In this document: positions 19,501 through 27,656 of the stretch, piece by piece | Position numbering within the stretch: the stretch's first letter is position 1 | How the letters are laid out: the number at the start of each line of letters is the position of its first letter | DNA from: Burkholderiales bacterium | GTDB taxonomy: Bacteria; Pseudomonadota; Gammaproteobacteria; Burkholderiales; SG8-39 | DNA: 64,000 nt | Direction: 5' to 3' | Assembly: GCA_035456405.1 (NCBI GenBank) | Contig: DATIDG010000049.1 | Span: 144,835-208,834, forward strand | Notes under the pieces: model-generated | Seen by the model: the letters and a program-made list of their open reading frames with translations, nothing else | Told to the model about the DNA's origin: nothing | Database searches by the model: none | Translations under genes and position numbers: made by a program

Positions 19501-20186
19501 CGCGCCTGGAAGAACACGTCCGGGTTCTGCGCCGTCCCGCGGAGTACCGGGCGATCGGGATTGAGCGCGCGGGCGCGGTGCGCCTCGACCAGATCGTCGC
19601 CGAGCAGCTCGCGCACCTCCTCCTCGAAGAGGCAGTCGATCTTGTTCACCTCGTGGCTGGTTCGGAACCCGTCGAAGAAGTGCAGGAACGGCACGCGCGC
19701 GCGCAGCGTGGCGACCTGCGCGATCATCGCCATGTCCTGCGCCTCCTGGACGCTGGCGGAGCACAGCATCGCCCAGCCAGTGGTGCGCGCGGCCATCACG
19801 TCGCTGTGGTCGCCGAAGATCGACAAAGCGTGCGTGGCCACGGTGCGCGCGGCGATGTGGAAGACCGTCGGCGTGAGCTCCCCCGCGATCTTGAACATGT
19901 TGGGCAGCATCAGGAGCAGGCCCTGCGAGGCAGTGAAGGTCGTCGTCAGCGCACCCGCCTGGAGCGATCCGTGCACCGCGCCGGCCGCGCCGGCCTCGCT
20001 CTGCATCTCGATCACCTCGGGCACGACGCCCCACAGGTTCTTGCGGCGCGCGGCGGACCAGGCATCGGCGAACTCGCCCATCGGCGATGCGGGCGTGATC
20101 GGGTAGATCGCGATCACCTCGTTGGTGAGGTGGGCGATCCGCGCGGCGGCCTCGTTGCCGTCCATCACGATCGAGCGCTCACTCAT
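16548..20186 (-). CDS. nifJ: Pyruvate:ferredoxin (flavodoxin) oxidoreductase, single-polypeptide type
   Basis: 1212 aa from the ATG at 20186 (MSERSIVMDGNEAAARIAHLTNEVIAIYPITPASPMGE). Two ferredoxin-type cluster motifs (CTQCALCPLVCP, CTGCGVCVDICP) and TPP motif GGDGWAYDIG. The track's extra 177 N-terminal codons were rejected. Confidence 0.95.
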   Translation of the reverse strand: MSERSIVMDGNEAAARIAHLTNEVIAIYPITPASPMGEFADAWSAARRKNLWGVVPEVIEMQSEAGAAGAVHGSLQAGALTTTFTASQGLLLMLPNMFKIAGELTPTVFHIAARTVATHALSIFGDHSDVMAARTTGWAMLCSASVQEAQDMAMIAQVATLRARVPFLHFFDGFRTSHEVNKIDCLFEEEVRELLGDDLVEAHRARALNPDRPVLRGTAQNPDVFFQAREACNPFYDAVPGIVRECMERFAQLTGRRYGLFDYQGAPDAERVLVQMGSGIGASGEAVRKLVAAGESVGLVTVRLYRPFDAQAFVAALPASVRALAVLDRTKEPGAVGEPLYQDVLAALAERWPEATPAPRVIGGRYGLSSKEYTPAMAKAVLDELAEPRPRRHFTVGIVDDVTRLSLAWDESFDTEPPDVTRALFYGLGADGTVGATKNSVKIIGENTPLHAQGYFVYDSKKSGAITVSHLRFGPQPIESTYLIRQADFVACHQFEFMEKLDVLALARPGATFLLNSPHGPEEVWDKLPGEAQRAIVDRKLRMFVIDALKVARDAGLAGRLNTVMQACFFAISGILPREEAIAEIKESIRKTYGKRGETVLARNFAAVDQSLAALHPVRVPARTDSPLRRRPPVPEAAPDFVRRVTAMMLDGQGDLLPVSALPVDGTFPTGTTRWEKRSIAHEIPIWDTGVCTQCALCPLVCPHAAIRMNVYPPGLLKDAPKGFQHQTWNRKDGPTAGWAFTIQVAPDDCTGCGVCVDICPARSKEAVKHKAINMTPKLEHLEVERRNYEFFLALPELRPSFDAIELLKGAQLREPLFEYSGACAGCGETPYLKLLTQLFGDHLLVANATGCSSIYGGNLPTTPWTKNRAGQGPAWSNSLFEDNAEFGLGMRLALDAQRALADRLVRELRAEIGADLADALLQAPQASDEEIGAQRERVTALKAILPRLRFPEAKQLLAVADSLVTRSVWIVGGDGWAYDIGYGGLDHVLASGRNVNILVLDTEVYSNTGGQASKSTPRAAVAKFAAAGKPIAKKDLGMIAMAYGNAYVAQVAMGANPVQTVRTFREAASWTGPSLIIAYSHCIAHGIEMSTAMSHQKDAVKSGYLTLYRYDPRLGMGGADQPLKLDSRKPTIPFEQFAMKEGRFAMLARSDPERAKQLMKAAQADIDARWQYYEQMAGVHRVVPEEAESESGAEAEPGVVTSGPPSEELET

Positions 20187-20196
20187 CGCAATTCCT

Positions 20197-20832
20197 TCAA
20201 AGCAGCCCGGCGCGACCGCTCTGCCAGCGGCTGTACTCCGTGGTGAGTATCTCGACGTGCTCGCGCTCTTCTGCGGCGAGCTCCCGGTAGAGCTGGCGCT
20301 CCGCCGACCCCTCGGGCGACTGCTCGCCGCGCTCGGCAAAGAACTTCGTCGCACGCTGCTCGAACGCGATCGCGATGCGAAACAGGTTGGCGGGGTCCTC
20401 GGGCTGCCGGTCGACGCCCGCGAAGATCGCGGCGCGATCGATCTGGAGGTCCGCCGCGGGTGCCGGCAGGTCCGCGTGATACCGCCGCGACAGGGTTGCC
20501 ATGTGCAACTTCTCCATCTCGGCCATGCGGCCGAAGAGGTCCCGGAGCGCGGGTTCGGCCGCGTCGCGCGCGGCGCGCTCGTAGAACGCGAGCCCGCCGA
20601 GCTCGATCTCGAAGGCCATCCGGATCGCGTCGAGGGCCCGTTCGTCCTCAATCGGCCCGCGCTCGAGCAGTTCGAGCCGGCCCCTGCAGTGCGGACACAT
20701 GCCGTAGGGGAAGGCAAACCCTTCGCTCACCTTGCCGCATGCGGCGCAACGCCAGCGCAGCTCGACGCCGGCGCAGCAGACGTAGGCTTCCTCGCCTTCG
20801 AGCGGTCGGCGGCAGCGCGGGCAGACGTTCAT
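20197..20832 (-). CDS. Zn-ribbon/rubredoxin-like plus diiron ferritin-like (rubrerythrin-type) protein
   Basis: 211 aa from the ATG at 20832. Eight N-terminal Cys residues (CPRC, CC, CAAC, CPHC). The C-terminal helical domain has E...ExxH twice (EMEKLH, EEREH, plus EIE and FEQ). The start overlaps the upstream gene's stop (ATGA). Confidence 0.75.
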   Translation of the reverse strand: MNVCPRCRRPLEGEEAYVCCAGVELRWRCAACGKVSEGFAFPYGMCPHCRGRLELLERGPIEDERALDAIRMAFEIELGGLAFYERAARDAAEPALRDLFGRMAEMEKLHMATLSRRYHADLPAPAADLQIDRAAIFAGVDRQPEDPANLFRIAIAFEQRATKFFAERGEQSPEGSAERQLYRELAAEEREHVEILTTEYSRWQSGRAGLL

Positions 20833-23192
20833 GATGGACGGGCCTCGCTTGAATCGGCGGCCGCTGACGCAGTGAGCAGCGCCGGCGGGACGAACGCGTC
20901 GACATCCGCTTGCGAGATCGGCCAGGTCTGCTTGCCGCCCTGCAGCCATGCGCCGATCGCCTTCGCGGCGCGTCGGCCGGCGCCCATCGCCAGGATCACC
21001 GTCGCCCCGCCGGTGACGATGTCCCCGCCCGCGAACACGCCGGGCAGGTTGGTGGCCTGCGTAACCGGGTCGGCCACGATGTAGCCCCACTTGTTGAGGC
21101 CGAGTCCGGGCGTCGACTGCGCGACGATCGGGTTCGCCTTCGTTCCGAGGGCATAGATCACCGTGTCGCACTCGAGCTCGACAAATTCGTCGAGCGGCAC
21201 CGGCTTGCGGCGGCCCTTCTCGTCGGGCTCGCCGAGCGCCATCTTCTGCACCTTGATGCCGCGGACGTTGCCGTCGGCATCGGTCTGGATCTCGACCGGC
21301 CCGTGCAGGAAGAAGAACTCGATGCCTTCCTCCTTAGCATGGCGCAGCTCCTCGACCCGCGCCGGAGCTTCGGCCTCCGAGCGGCGGTAGACGCAGCGCA
21401 CCGTCGGCGTGCCCAACCGCTTGGCAACGCGCAGACAGTCCATCGCGGTGTTGCCGGCTCCGATCACCACCACGCTCTTGCCGAGCGTGATCGGCGTGTC
21501 CAGGTACGGGAACTTGTCGCCACCCATCAGGTTGACGCGGGTGAGGAACTCGTTGGCCGAGTAGACCTGGCCGGCGAACTCGCCGGGAATGCCGAGGAAG
21601 GCCGGGGCGCCGGCGCCAGCGGCGACGAACACCGCGTCGAAACCCATCTCGCCCATCAGCTGCGGCACCGAGAAGGTCTTGCCGATCACCTTGTTGGTCT
21701 CGAACCTGACGCCGAGCGCCTGCAGGTGTTCGACCTCGCGGCTGATGATCTCGCGCGGCAGACGGAAGGAGGGGATGCCGTACTGAAGCACGCCGCCCAC
21801 CACGTGCAGCGCCTCGTATACGGTGACTTCGCAGCCGTAGCGGGTCAGATCGGCCGCCACCGCCAGCCCCGCCGGGCCGGAGCCGATGACGGCGACGCGG
21901 CCGAGCGGGCGCGGCACGCGCGGCGGCCCGGCCTTGCGCGGCCGCGCGTTGTCGCCCACGAAGCGCTCCAGCCGGCCGATCGCCACCGACTCGAGCTTGC
22001 GGCCGACCACGCACTGCGCCTCGCACTGCGACTCCTGCGGGCACACGCGACCGCAGACCGACGGGAAGAGATTGGACTCGTTGATGACGCCGAGCGCGCC
22101 GTCGACGTCGCGCACCAGCAGGTGCTTGATGAAGCGCGGGATGTCGATCGACACCGGGCAGCCCTCGATGCAGGCCGGCTTCGAGCACATGATGCAGCGC
22201 TCGGCCTCGGCCAGGGCGTCGGCCATCGAGTAGCCGAGGTTCACTTCCTTGAAATTGCGCGAGCGCTCGAGCGGGTCGCGCTCGGGCATTTTCGTCGCGT
22301 GCGGCGCAAGGTCCTTGTACTTCTTGTAGTTGGTCTTGTTCTGCTCGAACAGCACCTTCTCGACGTGGCACACGTGCGCGTAATCGTTCGCCGCCGTGGC
22401 CTCCTCAGTCTTGAAGCGGCGCTGGCGCAGCATCAGTTCCTTGAAGTCGACCTGGTGGCCGTCGAAGTCGGGCCCGTCGACGCATGCGAACTTGACCTCG
22501 CCCCCGACCGAGACGCGGCAGGAACCGCACATGCCGGTGCCGTCGACCATGATCGCGTTGAGCGACACCATCGTCTTCACGCCGAACGGCCGAGTCGTCT
22601 CGACGCACGCGTTCATCATCGGCAGCGGGCCGATGGCGACGACCAGATCCGGGCGGTCGCGCTCGAGCACCTCCTGCAGCGCCGCCGTGACGAAGCCGTG
22701 CTTCCCGTAGCTGCCGTCGTCGGTGCAGACGATGAGCTCGTCGCAATGCTGCTTGAACCGGTCCTCCCAGAACACGAGGTCGCGGTTACGGAAGCCGATG
22801 ACGCCGGTCGTGCGGTTGCCGGCCGCCTTGAACGCGCGCAGCTGCGGATACACCGGCGCGACGCCGAGGCCGCCGCCGACCAGCACGACGTGCCCGGCCC
22901 GGTCGACGTGCTGCGGCAGGCCGAGGGGGCCGACGAAGTCGGCGAAACCGTCGCCCGCCTTGTAGTGATCGCGCATCTCGAGCGTCGTCTTGCCGAGCGC
23001 CTGGATGACCAGGGTGACGGTGCCATCGTCGCGGTCGTAGTCGGCGACAGTGAGGGGAATGCGCTCGCCGCCTTCGTGCAGGCGGAGCATGACGAAGTGC
23101 CCGGGTTGCGCGGACTTCGCAACGTCGGGGGCGAGGACCTCCCACAAGAAGGTCGCGTCGGAGAACGCTTCCCGGCGAACGATCCGGTACAT
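20829..23192 (-). CDS. Fused NfnA-like (PyrK/FNR-type) and NfnB/GltD-like NAD(P)H oxidoreductase
   Basis: 787 aa from the ATG at 23192 (MYRIVRREAF). N-terminal FAD/NAD module ending in the 2Fe-2S motif GMCGSCRV. The following GltD-like half has CIMCSKPACIEGCP, CGRVCPQESQCEAQC and the dinucleotide fold VAVIGSGPAGLA. Confidence 0.88.
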   Translation of the reverse strand: MYRIVRREAFSDATFLWEVLAPDVAKSAQPGHFVMLRLHEGGERIPLTVADYDRDDGTVTLVIQALGKTTLEMRDHYKAGDGFADFVGPLGLPQHVDRAGHVVLVGGGLGVAPVYPQLRAFKAAGNRTTGVIGFRNRDLVFWEDRFKQHCDELIVCTDDGSYGKHGFVTAALQEVLERDRPDLVVAIGPLPMMNACVETTRPFGVKTMVSLNAIMVDGTGMCGSCRVSVGGEVKFACVDGPDFDGHQVDFKELMLRQRRFKTEEATAANDYAHVCHVEKVLFEQNKTNYKKYKDLAPHATKMPERDPLERSRNFKEVNLGYSMADALAEAERCIMCSKPACIEGCPVSIDIPRFIKHLLVRDVDGALGVINESNLFPSVCGRVCPQESQCEAQCVVGRKLESVAIGRLERFVGDNARPRKAGPPRVPRPLGRVAVIGSGPAGLAVAADLTRYGCEVTVYEALHVVGGVLQYGIPSFRLPREIISREVEHLQALGVRFETNKVIGKTFSVPQLMGEMGFDAVFVAAGAGAPAFLGIPGEFAGQVYSANEFLTRVNLMGGDKFPYLDTPITLGKSVVVIGAGNTAMDCLRVAKRLGTPTVRCVYRRSEAEAPARVEELRHAKEEGIEFFFLHGPVEIQTDADGNVRGIKVQKMALGEPDEKGRRKPVPLDEFVELECDTVIYALGTKANPIVAQSTPGLGLNKWGYIVADPVTQATNLPGVFAGGDIVTGGATVILAMGAGRRAAKAIGAWLQGGKQTWPISQADVDAFVPPALLTASAAADSSEARPS

Positions 23193-23298
23193 GTAATCGC
23201 CTTGGCGCTGCCGAGGGAGCTGATCCGCGGTGGGGGTTCGCGCAGGCCGGTCATCGGCCCGCTTCCGCGTAGTCTCTGGGAGGCGGTCGCTCGGCCCG

Positions 23299-23312
23299 TT
23301 GACGTAGATCAA
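23299..23312. promoter_or_regulatory. FNR/CRP-family palindrome upstream of the nfn-PFOR operon
   Basis: TTGACGTAGATCAA matches TTGAT-N4-ATCAA at 9 of 10 positions. It lies within the larger palindrome CCGTTGAC....GATCAACGG, centred about 113 nt upstream of the operon ATG. Confidence 0.45.
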
Positions 23313-23341
23313 CGGCGATGCGCAGCGCGGTCCAGCGCGAA

Positions 23342-24282
23342 TCAGGGCGAGGGGGGCGCGGCGATACCGGGGCTCACCGCGAAGAGGCGCGGGTTCGCGG
23401 GATCGACGTCCACGCGCACCCAGTTCAATTCGGGCGAGCTGAAGCCTTCGACGCGCGTGAAGGTGGCGATCGGGCGCCCGGTCGACGCGTCGCGCAGAGG
23501 CTGGTCGACGCGGTAGCGGTGCCCGTCGCCGTGAACGCGTAGAGCAGCGGCTTGCGGAGCCAGCCCGCGTGCGTCTGCAGGACCGCCCGGAAACGCGCGT
23601 AGCCGTCGATGCGCGGCGGGCCGCGCCGGAATCGCGGGTCCGCGTGCGCAAACACGGCCAGTCCGCGAATCTCGGGCGCTTCGGACCGCTTCACTGCCTC
23701 GTCGAGCCACTCGAAGTTTGCCCGCATGCGCTCCGCGTGCTCCGCGTCCATCTCCGGATTGCGTCCAAGGTTATTGTTGCTGCCGGGGACGTTCAGCGTG
23801 ACGAAGACGACCCCGCTGGTGACCCACCGAGTGTTCTCGCGGTAGGCGAAGAACCGCTCTTCCGCGCTCTGGCGCGTGAGCCGCAGCGATCGGTTCCCGA
23901 GGCTCCTATCGCCGGCGTGGAACAGCGCGCGGAGCCTGTCGAGCCGCTCGAGGGGATCGTGGCGGCCGGCGCCGGCACGGTGGCAGTCGGTCCAGTCGTT
24001 GTCGCCCGGAACTAAGACGAGCGGCACCGGGGACGCGTCGAGGAGGCGGAGGCGATCGGCAAACACCGCGTCGGCGCACGAAGTGAAGCCGCCCTTGAGA
24101 TCCCCGACGTGAACGGCGAAGGCGACGCGCGCGTCGCGCAGGTCCTCGAGCAGCCGCGCGACGCCCGCCTCCTCGTGCGCGAAGTACGGCGTGTCGCCGA
24201 CGACGGCGAAGCGTCAGCGCTCGGCGCCCTGGGCGGCGAGCGCGAGTGCGCCGAGCGCGACCGCCGCGACCGCCCGCCTCAC
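23342..24282 (-). pseudogene. Secreted calcineurin-like metallophosphoesterase, disrupted by an in-frame TGA and a frameshift
   Basis: A GTG at 24282 (overlapping the mutS stop as GTGA) opens the signal peptide [21 protein letters not shown]. An in-frame TGA follows at 24214-24216. The same frame then continues RFAVVGDTPYF...HVGDL...VPGDNDWTDC to about 23540. There the conserved HGDGHRYRVDQPL continues in another frame (track 23342..23710). Confidence 0.7.
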
Positions 24283-26840
24283 AGCTTCTTGAGTTTGTAC
24301 ACGAGCTCGAGCGCGTCGCGCGGGGCGAGCTCGTCGGGGTTCACCGCGTCAAGCAGGTCGAGCGCCGGGTGGCGTTCGGGTTCGGGAGCGGGCGGGGCCG
24401 CGAAGAGATCCGAGTGACCGTCGCGCTGGAGGCTGCGGTGCTCGAGCTCCTGCAGATAGCGGCGTGCCGCCCGGATCACCGCGCCCGGCACGCCGGCGAG
24501 CGCCGCCACCTGCAGGCCGTAGCTCTGGCTCGCGGGACCCTCCTCGAGCGCGTGCAGGAAGACGATCCGGTCCTTGTGCTCGACCGCATCCAAGTGCACG
24601 TTCGCGACCTCGCGGTACTCCTGCGCGAGGCCGGTCAGCTCGAAGTAGTGCGTCGCGAAGAGGGTGTACGCGCGGGTGCGCTCCACCAGATGGCGTGCGA
24701 TCGCCCACGCGAGCGCGAGCCCATCGAAGGTCGAGGTGCCGCGCCCGACCTCGTCCATCAGCACGAGGCTCGCTTCGGTCGCGTTGTGGAGGATGTTCGC
24801 GCTCTCGGTCATCTCGACCATGAACGTCGAGCGCCCGCCGGCGAGGTCGTCGGCCGCGCCGATGCGCGTAAAGATGCGGTCGATCGGGCCGATGCGCGCG
24901 GCGCGCGCGGGCACGAAGCTTCCGAGGTGCGCGAGCAGGACGATGAGGGCGACTTGCCGCATGTAGGTCGACTTGCCGCCCATGTTCGGTCCGGTGATGA
25001 GGAGCAGGCGGCGGGTGGGCGCGAGTCGCGTGTCGTTGGCGATGAACTGCTCGACCTGCGACTCGACCACCGGGTGCCGGCCCGCGTCGATCTCGATCGC
25101 GGCCTCGTCCACGAACTGCGGGCGCCTCCAGTCGCGCGCGACCGCGGTTGCGGCGAACGCCGCGAGCACGTCGAGCTCGGCGACGGCGCGCGCGAGTGCC
25201 TGCAGCCGCGGGGCGTGCGGTGCCAGCGCCGCAAGCAGCTCGTCGTACAGCGACTTCTCCAGCGCCAGCGCCCGCTCCCGCGCAGAGAGGGCCTTTTCCT
25301 CGAAGGCCTTCAGCTCGGGCGTGATGTAGCGCTCGGCGTTCTTGAGCGTCTGGCGCCGGCGATAGTCCTCCGGCACCTTGTCGGCGTGCGCATTGCTGAC
25401 TTCGATGTAGTAGCCATGCACGCGGTTGTACTCGACGCGCAGACTTGGGATGCCGGTGCGGCCGCGTTCGCGGGCCTCGAGCGCGACGAGGAAATCGCCG
25501 GCGTTCGACTGCAGCGCGCGCAGCTCGTCGAGCTCGGCGCTGCGTCCGGCGGCGATGACTCCGCCGTCGCGTACCATGGCGGCCGGCTCCGCGGCGATCG
25601 CGCGCCGCAAGGCGTCGACGCAGGCCTCGGGCGGCTCGAGCTCGCCGCGCAGTGTCGCCAGGCGATTCGCCTGCTCGCCGGCCACCGCAGCCGCGAGATC
25701 GGGCAGGAGCGCGAGCGAATCGCGCAAGCCGGCCAGCTCACGGGGTCGCGCACTCTTGAGCGCGATCCGCGCGGCAATGCGCTCGATGTCGGCGCAACGG
25801 CGCAGCACTGCCTGCATGGCCTGGTACGGGCCGGCACCCGCTTCGCCGGAGAGCGCCTCGATCGCCTCGTGCCGGGCGGCGAGCGCCGCGCGGTCACGCA
25901 GGGGGTGATGCACCCAATGGCGAAGCAAGCGGCTCCCCATCCCGGAGACGCACGCGTCGATCTCGCTGAACAGCGTCGGCGCGGGCGTGCCCCGCAGCGT
26001 CTCGGTGAGCTCGAGATTGCGGCGGGTCGCGGCGTCGAGCCGCACGTACGCATCGTCCCGCTCCGCGCGCAGCGCGACGACGTGCGTGAGCGACTGGGCT
26101 TGGGTCCTGCGCGCGTAGGCGAGGAGGGCGCCCGCGGCGCCGAGCGCGACGCCGAGATCCTCGACGCCGAACCCGGCGAGCCCCGCTGTGCCGAAGTGGC
26201 CCTCGAGCAGGCGGCGCGCGGCGTCGGTGTCGAACTGCCAGGGCGGCAGCCGCGTGACCGCGCCGATGTCGGCCGGCAATGCGGGCGCGGCGTCGTCGGC
26301 AACCAGGATCTCGGCGGGGGCGACGCGCCGCAACTCGTCGAAGAGCGACCGCGCGCCGGTCTCCAACACCCGGAAATCGCCGCTCGCGAGGTTAAGCCAC
26401 GCGAGCCCGACCGTGCCGCGCACTGCAGCGAGCGCGAGCAGCACGTTGTCGGCCTTCTCGTCGAGAAGGCCTGCGTCGGTGAGCGTGCCGGGCGTGACGA
26501 TGCGCGTCACGGCGCGCTCGACCGGTCCCTTCGCCGTTGCGACGTCGCCGACCTGCTCGCAGATCGCGACCGATTCACCCAGCTTCACCAGCTTCGCGAG
26601 GTACTGCTCGACCGAGTGCCACGGCACGCCGGCCATCTTGATAGGCTGGCCGGCCGAGCTGCCGCGCTGCGTGAGGGTGATGTCGAGGAGGCGGGCCGCC
26701 CTCTCCGCGTCCTCGTGGAAGAGCTCGTAGAAATCCCCCATCCGGTAGAAGAGCAGCATGTCCGGATACTGGGCCTTGAGGCCCAGGTACTGCTGCATCA
26801 TCGGGGTGTGCTGACCTCTTAAGCCCTCGTCCAACTTCAT
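24279..26840 (-). CDS. mutS: DNA mismatch repair protein MutS
   Basis: 853 aa starting [31 protein letters not shown], with Walker [10 protein letters not shown]. Confidence 0.97.
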   Translation of the reverse strand: MKLDEGLRGQHTPMMQQYLGLKAQYPDMLLFYRMGDFYELFHEDAERAARLLDITLTQRGSSAGQPIKMAGVPWHSVEQYLAKLVKLGESVAICEQVGDVATAKGPVERAVTRIVTPGTLTDAGLLDEKADNVLLALAAVRGTVGLAWLNLASGDFRVLETGARSLFDELRRVAPAEILVADDAAPALPADIGAVTRLPPWQFDTDAARRLLEGHFGTAGLAGFGVEDLGVALGAAGALLAYARRTQAQSLTHVVALRAERDDAYVRLDAATRRNLELTETLRGTPAPTLFSEIDACVSGMGSRLLRHWVHHPLRDRAALAARHEAIEALSGEAGAGPYQAMQAVLRRCADIERIAARIALKSARPRELAGLRDSLALLPDLAAAVAGEQANRLATLRGELEPPEACVDALRRAIAAEPAAMVRDGGVIAAGRSAELDELRALQSNAGDFLVALEARERGRTGIPSLRVEYNRVHGYYIEVSNAHADKVPEDYRRRQTLKNAERYITPELKAFEEKALSARERALALEKSLYDELLAALAPHAPRLQALARAVAELDVLAAFAATAVARDWRRPQFVDEAAIEIDAGRHPVVESQVEQFIANDTRLAPTRRLLLITGPNMGGKSTYMRQVALIVLLAHLGSFVPARAARIGPIDRIFTRIGAADDLAGGRSTFMVEMTESANILHNATEASLVLMDEVGRGTSTFDGLALAWAIARHLVERTRAYTLFATHYFELTGLAQEYREVANVHLDAVEHKDRIVFLHALEEGPASQSYGLQVAALAGVPGAVIRAARRYLQELEHRSLQRDGHSDLFAAPPAPEPERHPALDLLDAVNPDELAPRDALELVYKLKKL

Positions 26841-27127
26841 CTATTTTCTCCGGAATATAGCCTAACTAGCTAAGTAAAATAGCTTAAATCGTCTAGCAGT
26901 GTCTTCCTGTGTCCAGGAGCGTCTGCCACCATCCAGCCGGTTTGGGGCGTTCCTGGGGCAGTTTTCCACGAACCCTGATCGAATTGGAGTAGCTTTCGGG
27001 GCAATTTTTGCGAGGCGCCGACCGATGATGAAAATCCTGACTCAGGGCGGCAGCTCAGATACCGAACCATCCGCGCGTGGCGCGCGTGACTCGTTCACTT
27101 GTTGAGCGCGATGGGTAGTCAAGAACG

Positions 27128-27610
27128 ATGAATAGCCCTCGGGCAAGCCGGCAACTCTGGTTAGCCGTCCGATGCCTGTTCCTGATCCTTTCTTTGTTGG
27201 GAGTTCTAACAGCTCGGAGCGAGCCGCTTGTTGGCCCTTCTGCGACACCTCATGAGGGAGAGCAGAAATCGGTACAGAAAACGGTCTTATGGGACCTCGT
27301 GGTTCTTGGTCGAATTGACGCGTGTTGGGTTTGTCAACACGGCCCGCCGCCGCACGTCAGCTATACAATAGTTCTTGCTGGGAAAGCACCGACGGGGAAG
27401 GCCCAGGGACAGATTGCCCTTGCGGAAATGTCACCACGGCTGCTGCCAGAAGGAGGTACTCCTATCTACAGGAGCCAACGAGAGGAGATCTGCTATCTGA
27501 AGACTGTCACGCTGCCAGCCAATGAGAGCGCAAGTGTCTACAAGCTAATCGATGTTGAGGAAGCGACACCCGAAAATCTGGCTAAGTTTCAGAGGACCGG
27601 CAAGCAATAA
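27128..27610 (+). CDS. Hypothetical secreted protein with a CxxC motif
   Basis: 160 aa with signal peptide LWLAVRCLFLILSLLGVLTA and a CWVC motif. I recognise no family. It lies in a lower-GC segment 34 nt upstream of the next gene. Confidence 0.6.
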   Translation: MNSPRASRQLWLAVRCLFLILSLLGVLTARSEPLVGPSATPHEGEQKSVQKTVLWDLVVLGRIDACWVCQHGPPPHVSYTIVLAGKAPTGKAQGQIALAEMSPRLLPEGGTPIYRSQREEICYLKTVTLPANESASVYKLIDVEEATPENLAKFQRTGKQ

Positions 27611-27656
27611 CTTGAACGAAACGATACTCGTCGAATAAAGAGCTGTGGGGGCGAAT

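Noticed and set aside
24214-24216. In-frame TGA in the metallophosphoesterase read as selenocysteine or programmed readthrough
   Set aside because: The codon falls at the signal-peptide/mature-protein junction, not at a redox site. I see no convincing stem-loop immediately downstream. A second, independent frameshift in the same gene favours decay or sequencing error.
24246-26822. 858-aa ORF on the plus strand covering almost all of mutS
   Set aside because: It is antisense to an unmistakable mutS. Its translation is Arg/Ala/Gly/Glu-rich with no motifs. Long stop-free antisense frames are expected at this GC content.
26870-27105. Small ORFs (66 and 68 aa) in the mutS-upstream AT-richer spacer
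   Set aside because: There are no ribosome-binding sites, and composition and codon bias are unlike the neighbouring genes. The region is more likely promoter or leader DNA for mutS and the island genes.
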